Source: Minisyncoccota bacterium (GTDB lineage: Bacteria; Patescibacteriota; Minisyncoccia; Phycocordibacterales; UBA9973). Taken from it: a stretch of 64,000 bases of DNA. The stretch is taken from NCBI GenBank assembly GCA_041661005.1, contig JBAZVG010000001.1, positions 607,515-671,514 of the forward strand, written 5' to 3'. Position numbers and translations under genes: made by a program. Positions 58,923 to 64,000 of the stretch are shown here, piece by piece (within the stretch, counting starts at the first letter, position 1; each line of letters starts with the position of its first letter). Under the pieces are notes generated by a model, which had not been told where the DNA came from, ran no database searches, and saw only the letters and a program-made list of their open reading frames with translations.

Positions 58923-58995
58923 GCGCCCGTAGCTCAGTCGGTAGAGCAGATCCCTTTTAAGGATAAGGTCGTTGGTTCGATCCCAACCGGGCGCA
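58923..58995 (+). tRNA. tRNA-Lys(TTT)
   Basis: GCGCCCG acceptor stem, loop CTTTTAA, GGTTCGATCCC. Confidence 0.93.
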
Positions 58996-59194
58996 CAAGA
59001 TTAGAAAACATTCAAACTGCTTTGAATTTTTCTAACTTGTGCGAGACGGAGACATGTTTTACTAGCAAGTAAAACTGTTGAGTCAGGGTCGTGAAAATTT
59101 TGTTTTGTCGAAAACAAAATTATTCCTGACCACAGGGAAGTTCTCGGTTTTGTTTTATAAGTATGTTTTGTCCTTAACCCCGACAGGAATCGAA

Positions 59195-60916
59195 TTAATA
59201 CACCTCCTGTTGATAACATTTTACACAGTAAACTATTTCTGGTCGCTCGGGTGCATAGGAAGTTTCAAATTCATTGGTACAGCCCTTATTCATACATTTT
59301 CTGTGCCAAAGTTTCCAGGGTAGGGTTTTCTCTAGTCTAACGAAATAGCGACAATTGGGGCAAAGACTTGGAATCGGTAAATTCATACGTTTATAAAATT
59401 TTAACTCATCGGGCATAATACGAAACGCTTTTGTGCATTGATGGGTGCATGAACCCTCATGCTCGCATTGAATAGTTTCTTTTAAAATATCTTCAGTTAC
59501 TTTAGAAATATCGTCTGCAATATCAGTATTTTTAATTGTAAATTTATAATCACGACCGACATCATCAAACCATTGATACCCCTTTTTTAATGTTTTTTCT
59601 TTTGATAATGGAAATTGTTCGTATGCCATTGTTTCATTATATGTAAAAGACGAAAGTTCTATTGGAAAAAATTCTCCAAATTTATATTTACAGCCATTTT
59701 TATCTATGTATGGCATATCTTTCATTTGTTTTTTTATTTTTTCTAATAAGAATTCGTATTCTGCTTTAGTATATTGTTTATTAAAAATGCAATTATCTAT
59801 TGAATCCAAACCAATGCAACCCAAATTATTTTTCACATTATTACAAGAATGACAATAATATGACTGCATGGTGTTCCAAGAACAAGAGACAAAACCAATT
59901 TCATAGTTACCTCTCCCGCTACAGATTGATTCGTACATTCGTTCTCCTCTCCCTGAATCAAGCATATCGTATGAATCGTTTGAAGAATTTACAGAATAAG
60001 TAACATAACGGATATTTTCTGAATTCCAAACATAAAATGATGAAAGACAATTTTTAGAATTTTCTATAAAATTTCCAGTGCAATCTTGTGCATTTATAAG
60101 TGTGGCGAAAGGAACAATAGTATTTGCTATTAATTTGTCGTATTCATTGGTAAGTTTTAATAAAGATGAACGAGATGAAATTTTTTCTTTTTTTATTGCT
60201 TCTTTGTATGCTTCTTTTGAAAGTTGCTCATTTCTAAATACGTAATTACGATTACGCTGGTTTGAAGACATAAAACAGTTTTGGCAATTCACACAATTAA
60301 AAAGAAATTTTGAATCAATACACTGATGGCATTTTGTTAAGTAAGAGCATTCATAATTATCATTTGAATCAACAGCTTCATAGCATAATTCATTGCCTTT
60401 AAAAATAAGCGAATCAAAACAGTTTTTATTATTTTTGTTTACAAAAGTTGAATAGTAAACGTGTTCTGAGGTAGTAACATTGTAAGATAAATATATATCT
60501 GAGCTTGAATATGTATAGTTAGCGTATTCACATTTCTCACCGTTACTGTTTGCCTGCTCAATGCAAAGTTGGGGAACTTTTCTTTTTAATTTTTCAAATT
60601 GGGTAAAAAAATCAACCGAAAAATCATAATCTAACCAGTAATCAAGAGGATTAAAATTATCAGAAAAATAACATTCAAGACACCAAACAGTGTAGGGTGC
60701 ATCTGCTCTATAAATTGAAACAATTTTATTCTTGCAATTATCACATTTTCTATTATATAAACTACGCACGTTAAAAGTTGCCATGCGACGTTGCAATCTA
60801 CACTCCGGACAGAAAGTTGGCGGAGGCATTTTTATCCTTTCATAAAAAGAAAAATCCTCTGGTTCTATGGTGAAATCTTTTTTGCAGTTTTGGCATATTT
60901 TAGTTTCAGATTGCAT
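59195..60916 (-). CDS. Cys-rich zinc-ribbon repeat protein, paralog of 14356-16041
   Basis: KICQNCKKDF, PPPTFCPECR, C-terminal VYCVKCYQQEVY. Confidence 0.85.
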   Translation of the reverse strand: MQSETKICQNCKKDFTIEPEDFSFYERIKMPPPTFCPECRLQRRMATFNVRSLYNRKCDNCKNKIVSIYRADAPYTVWCLECYFSDNFNPLDYWLDYDFSVDFFTQFEKLKRKVPQLCIEQANSNGEKCEYANYTYSSSDIYLSYNVTTSEHVYYSTFVNKNNKNCFDSLIFKGNELCYEAVDSNDNYECSYLTKCHQCIDSKFLFNCVNCQNCFMSSNQRNRNYVFRNEQLSKEAYKEAIKKEKISSRSSLLKLTNEYDKLIANTIVPFATLINAQDCTGNFIENSKNCLSSFYVWNSENIRYVTYSVNSSNDSYDMLDSGRGERMYESICSGRGNYEIGFVSCSWNTMQSYYCHSCNNVKNNLGCIGLDSIDNCIFNKQYTKAEYEFLLEKIKKQMKDMPYIDKNGCKYKFGEFFPIELSSFTYNETMAYEQFPLSKEKTLKKGYQWFDDVGRDYKFTIKNTDIADDISKVTEDILKETIQCEHEGSCTHQCTKAFRIMPDELKFYKRMNLPIPSLCPNCRYFVRLEKTLPWKLWHRKCMNKGCTNEFETSYAPERPEIVYCVKCYQQEVY

Positions 60917-61232
60917 TAATTAATTATACCAATTCTAAGTTTATTAGGCATTTACTTCCTCTTTCTGCATAGCTTTGATAAAAAGCAGTTTATTGTATAA
61001 ACTATCCATATAGGACTTATCGGAGAATATGGTTATAATACTCTCCTGTTCTGGGCACACAAAGTCAAAAAGTGTTAATATATATAATATGCATAGAATA
61101 AATAAAACGTTGGTATATTTTTTAATATTTACGATAATAAGTTCTACGTTGGCTTATCGCATAGTGGTGAAAGCTTATAGTAACACTTTTGATGCTTATT
61201 TAACTGAATAAGCTATTTTGTGGTAAAGTGTT

Positions 61233-63662
61233 TTGATGTCCAATATACGCAAGAGTATTTTTAGATTACAGAAGCCATGGGAGCCAAGTGGTGACCAACC
61301 AGAGGCTATTTCAAAGCTTGTGGAGGGACTTGAGAAGGGGATGAAAAAGCAGACATTACTCGGGGCGACAGGCACGGGCAAGACTTTTACGATGGCAAAT
61401 GTGATAGCGCGATATAATAAACCAACTCTAGTAATAGCGCACAACAAAACTCTAGCAGCGCAACTCGCGCAGGAGTTTAAATTATTTTTTCCAGATTCCG
61501 CGGTGCATTATTTTGTTTCTTATTATGATTATTATCAGCCAGAGGCTTATATGCCTGCCTCAGATACTTACATTGAAAAAGATGCATCTATCAACAAAGA
61601 AATAGACATGCTTCGTCACGCTTCTACTCAAGCGCTACTCACTCGTCCGGATGTCATTATTGTGGCTTCTGTGTCTTGCATTTATGGATTGGGGTCGCCC
61701 GAGGAATATGAAAAGGTAAATCTGAAATTAGAAGTTGGGCAGAAGGCAGACCGAATGTCTCTGATGAAATCTCTCATTGCTATACATTTTGAACGCACAA
61801 ACGCTGATCTTACCCCTGGAACTTTTCGCTCTATTGGTTCACGAGTAGAGTTAATGCCGGTTTCTGAATCGGTAATGTATCAGATTGAAATGTCGGGTGG
61901 AATAATTTCTAAAATAACAAAAGTTGATCCAGTTTCTTCACATATTCTCAAAGAAGAAAAAAATATTTTTGTTTTTCCGGCTAAACATTTTATTACTGAA
62001 GATATAAAAAAGAAAAAAGCGTTAGTAGAAATTAAAAAAGAATTAGCGAGTCAGCTGAAAAAATTTACAAAAGAGGGAAAACTTCTAGAAGCAGAGCGAA
62101 TAAAACGTCGTACAAATTATGATCTCGCAATGATCAAAGAAGTCGGTTATTGTAGTGGAATTGAAAATTATTCTAGACATTTGTCCGGCAAAAGCGAAGG
62201 AGAACCCCCAGAAACTTTGCTTTCTTATTTTCCGCACACAGGAGCCAGTAATTTTCTTTTCCGGGGTGTCTCGCAGGCTGACGAGCCGAGAGGCAGCGCT
62301 CCGGAAGCATCCGGAGACAGCGACCCCGAAAAAGAAGAATTACTGGCTCCTGTTCCGGATTTTTTAACCATCATCGACGAATCGCATGTAACCTTACCTC
62401 AACTTCAAGGTATGTATGCAGGGGATGCTTCACGCAAGAAAACTCTCGTAGATTATGGTTTTCGTCTACCTTCTGCTAAAGACAATAGACCCCTAAAATA
62501 CGAGGAATTTCAGGAACGCATCGGACAGGTGATTTACACGAGCGCGACCCCAAGTGAACAAGAAAGAAGCCAAAGTGAACAAATCGTAGAACAAATAATT
62601 CGTCCGACTGGGCTTGTGGATCCGGAAACGGTAGTGCGTCCAGTATCTGAAGGAAAAATTTTGGGTAATGGCGAGAAATCTTCTTTTTTGGGGTCGCTGT
62701 CTCCGCGCACTCGCGGAGCGCTGCCTCTCGGCTCGTCAGCCTGCGAGACACCCCAAAAAAGAAATTTCTTTCCATACCCAGGACAGATTTCAGACTTTAT
62801 AAGTGAAGCAGAAAAAACTATCAAGAAAGGTTTTCGTGTTTTAGCTACGACGCTGACTAAAAAAATGGCGGAAGATCTAACCACTTATTTAAAAGAACGT
62901 GGATTCAAAGCTGAATACTTACATTCTGATATCAAAACAATGGAACGCATTAAAATACTTACTAGGTTTAGACGTGGAGGAAAAGGGGAACTTGCCCCGT
63001 CCCAAGCCGGAGGCTTTGGTGCGGGGTTTGATGTTTTAGTTGGAGTGAATCTTTTGCGTGAGGGGCTTGATTTGCCGGAAGTTGCGCTGATTGGCATTCT
63101 CGATGCTGACAAAGAAGGATTTCTACGTTCCGATACAGCGCTCATTCAAACTATCGGCCGAGCTGCTCGCAATAGTGAAGGCAAAGTAATTCTTTATGCA
63201 GATGTTTTGACGGGTTCAATGGAGCGGGCTCTGGGGGAGACCGTTCGCCGTCGTAATATTCAGCTTGCCTACAACAAAAAGCATGGCATTACCCCGAAGA
63301 CTATTATGAAAAAGATCAAAGATATTACTGAAGAAATGGAAAGCGAACATGGAAAAACTGTCAATGCAGAATTGGCGCTTGATTTAGAAGTCTTTAAAAA
63401 AGCTTATTCTAAAGAACTTAGTAAAGACCTGCCTCGACTAGGCAAGGCGGGCGAAAACCTTGCCCGCAAAAAAGTAAACTCTGAATTTTGGAATGAAATT
63501 CTATCAGATGAAGAAAGGGGAAATCTCATTTATGAAAAAATAATAAAGATAAAAGAACGCGAGATGAATAAAGCAGTTAAAGAATTGGATTTTGAAACAG
63601 CTGCGATTTTGCGTGATGAAATTGGAGTGCTCAAAGTGCGTTTGGAAAAGAAAGATCAATAA
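61233..63662 (+). CDS. uvrB: excinuclease ABC subunit B
   Basis: GATGTGKT, YYDYYQPEAY, DESH, GFRLPSA.DNRPL, QTIGRAAR, C-terminal UVR domain; four repeat-derived inserts. Confidence 0.97.
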   Translation: MMSNIRKSIFRLQKPWEPSGDQPEAISKLVEGLEKGMKKQTLLGATGTGKTFTMANVIARYNKPTLVIAHNKTLAAQLAQEFKLFFPDSAVHYFVSYYDYYQPEAYMPASDTYIEKDASINKEIDMLRHASTQALLTRPDVIIVASVSCIYGLGSPEEYEKVNLKLEVGQKADRMSLMKSLIAIHFERTNADLTPGTFRSIGSRVELMPVSESVMYQIEMSGGIISKITKVDPVSSHILKEEKNIFVFPAKHFITEDIKKKKALVEIKKELASQLKKFTKEGKLLEAERIKRRTNYDLAMIKEVGYCSGIENYSRHLSGKSEGEPPETLLSYFPHTGASNFLFRGVSQADEPRGSAPEASGDSDPEKEELLAPVPDFLTIIDESHVTLPQLQGMYAGDASRKKTLVDYGFRLPSAKDNRPLKYEEFQERIGQVIYTSATPSEQERSQSEQIVEQIIRPTGLVDPETVVRPVSEGKILGNGEKSSFLGSLSPRTRGALPLGSSACETPQKRNFFPYPGQISDFISEAEKTIKKGFRVLATTLTKKMAEDLTTYLKERGFKAEYLHSDIKTMERIKILTRFRRGGKGELAPSQAGGFGAGFDVLVGVNLLREGLDLPEVALIGILDADKEGFLRSDTALIQTIGRAARNSEGKVILYADVLTGSMERALGETVRRRNIQLAYNKKHGITPKTIMKKIKDITEEMESEHGKTVNAELALDLEVFKKAYSKELSKDLPRLGKAGENLARKKVNSEFWNEILSDEERGNLIYEKIIKIKEREMNKAVKELDFETAAILRDEIGVLKVRLEKKDQ
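62238..62353 (+). repeat. family B element, in frame within uvrB
   Basis: Core as in pcrA; closing IR ACAGGAGCCAGTAAT/ATTACTGGCTCCTGT. Confidence 0.92.
62662..62780 (-). repeat. family B element, in frame within uvrB (reverse orientation)
   Basis: Reverse-complement core, read as LGSLSPRTRGALPLGSSACETPQ. Confidence 0.92.
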
Positions 63663-63801
63663 GAAGACTTTTAGAATTATTGTGATATAGTGAATCCAGT
63701 TCAATATTATAAGGAAAGTCATTGACACCCCCTATGAGCATGGCGGGGTGTGGTTGTGTTATATCCCAGTAGTAGAGCAAAGCTCACTACGGGACAAGTG
63801 T

Positions 63802-64000
63802 ATGAGCAAAATAGATAAAAACATAGACAAAATAAGAGTTGTGGGTGCAAGAACACACAACCTTAAAAATATCACAGTTGAAATGCCACGAAACAAGATG
63901 GTGGTTATTACTGGTGTCTCGGGCTCAGGCAAGTCATCGCTCGCTTTTGACACCATTTTTGCTGAAGGCCAGAGACGATATGTGGAATCGCTTTCTTCAT
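63802..64000 (+). CDS. uvrA: excinuclease ABC subunit A (5' partial)
   Basis: [39 protein letters not shown]. Confidence 0.96.
   Translation, partial: MSKIDKNIDKIRVVGARTHNLKNITVEMPRNKMVVITGVSGSGKSSLAFDTIFAEGQRRYVESLSS

Noticed and set aside
1-64000. Alternative genetic code (UGA=Gly, as in Gracilibacteria)
   Set aside because: Conserved genes are full length under code 11, and several end at TGA (pcrA, dnaN, ruvB).

Overview
Chromosomal window spanning the replication origin of a low-GC Patescibacteria/CPR bacterium. The gene content and proteins suggest Parcubacteria, probably Nomurabacteria-like (inference). It carries housekeeping genes (comM, pnp, rpsO, xerC-like, xth, cca, pcrA, rsmA, jag-yidC-yidD-rnpA-rpmH-dnaA-dnaN, pbp1A, tyrS, ruvC, ruvB, pilB, polA, holA-like, uvrB, partial uvrA), five tRNAs and the CPR pilin/PrgI/VirB4 envelope cluster. 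Highlights: (1) A complete diversity-generating retroelement sits between the NYN gene and pnp, next to a DinJ-YafQ pair. Its 108-bp TR/VR pair has 19 mismatches, all at TR adenines, and avd is head-to-head with RT, 3 nt apart. (2) Several families of structured palindromic elements (about 70-140 nt), plus many mini-hairpins, are inserted in frame, in either orientation, inside housekeeping genes (pcrA, rsmA, polA, uvrB, cca) and over stop codons. They have conserved cores, covarying inner hairpins and copy-specific closing stems. (3) There is a parS cluster, three sites of which form a 27-bp-periodic translated insert in the CCA-adding enzyme. (4) A cassette appears to have integrated at the pilB 3' end. 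(5) Leaderless-type promoters are pervasive, while two GC-rich genes instead carry boxA-like leaders.
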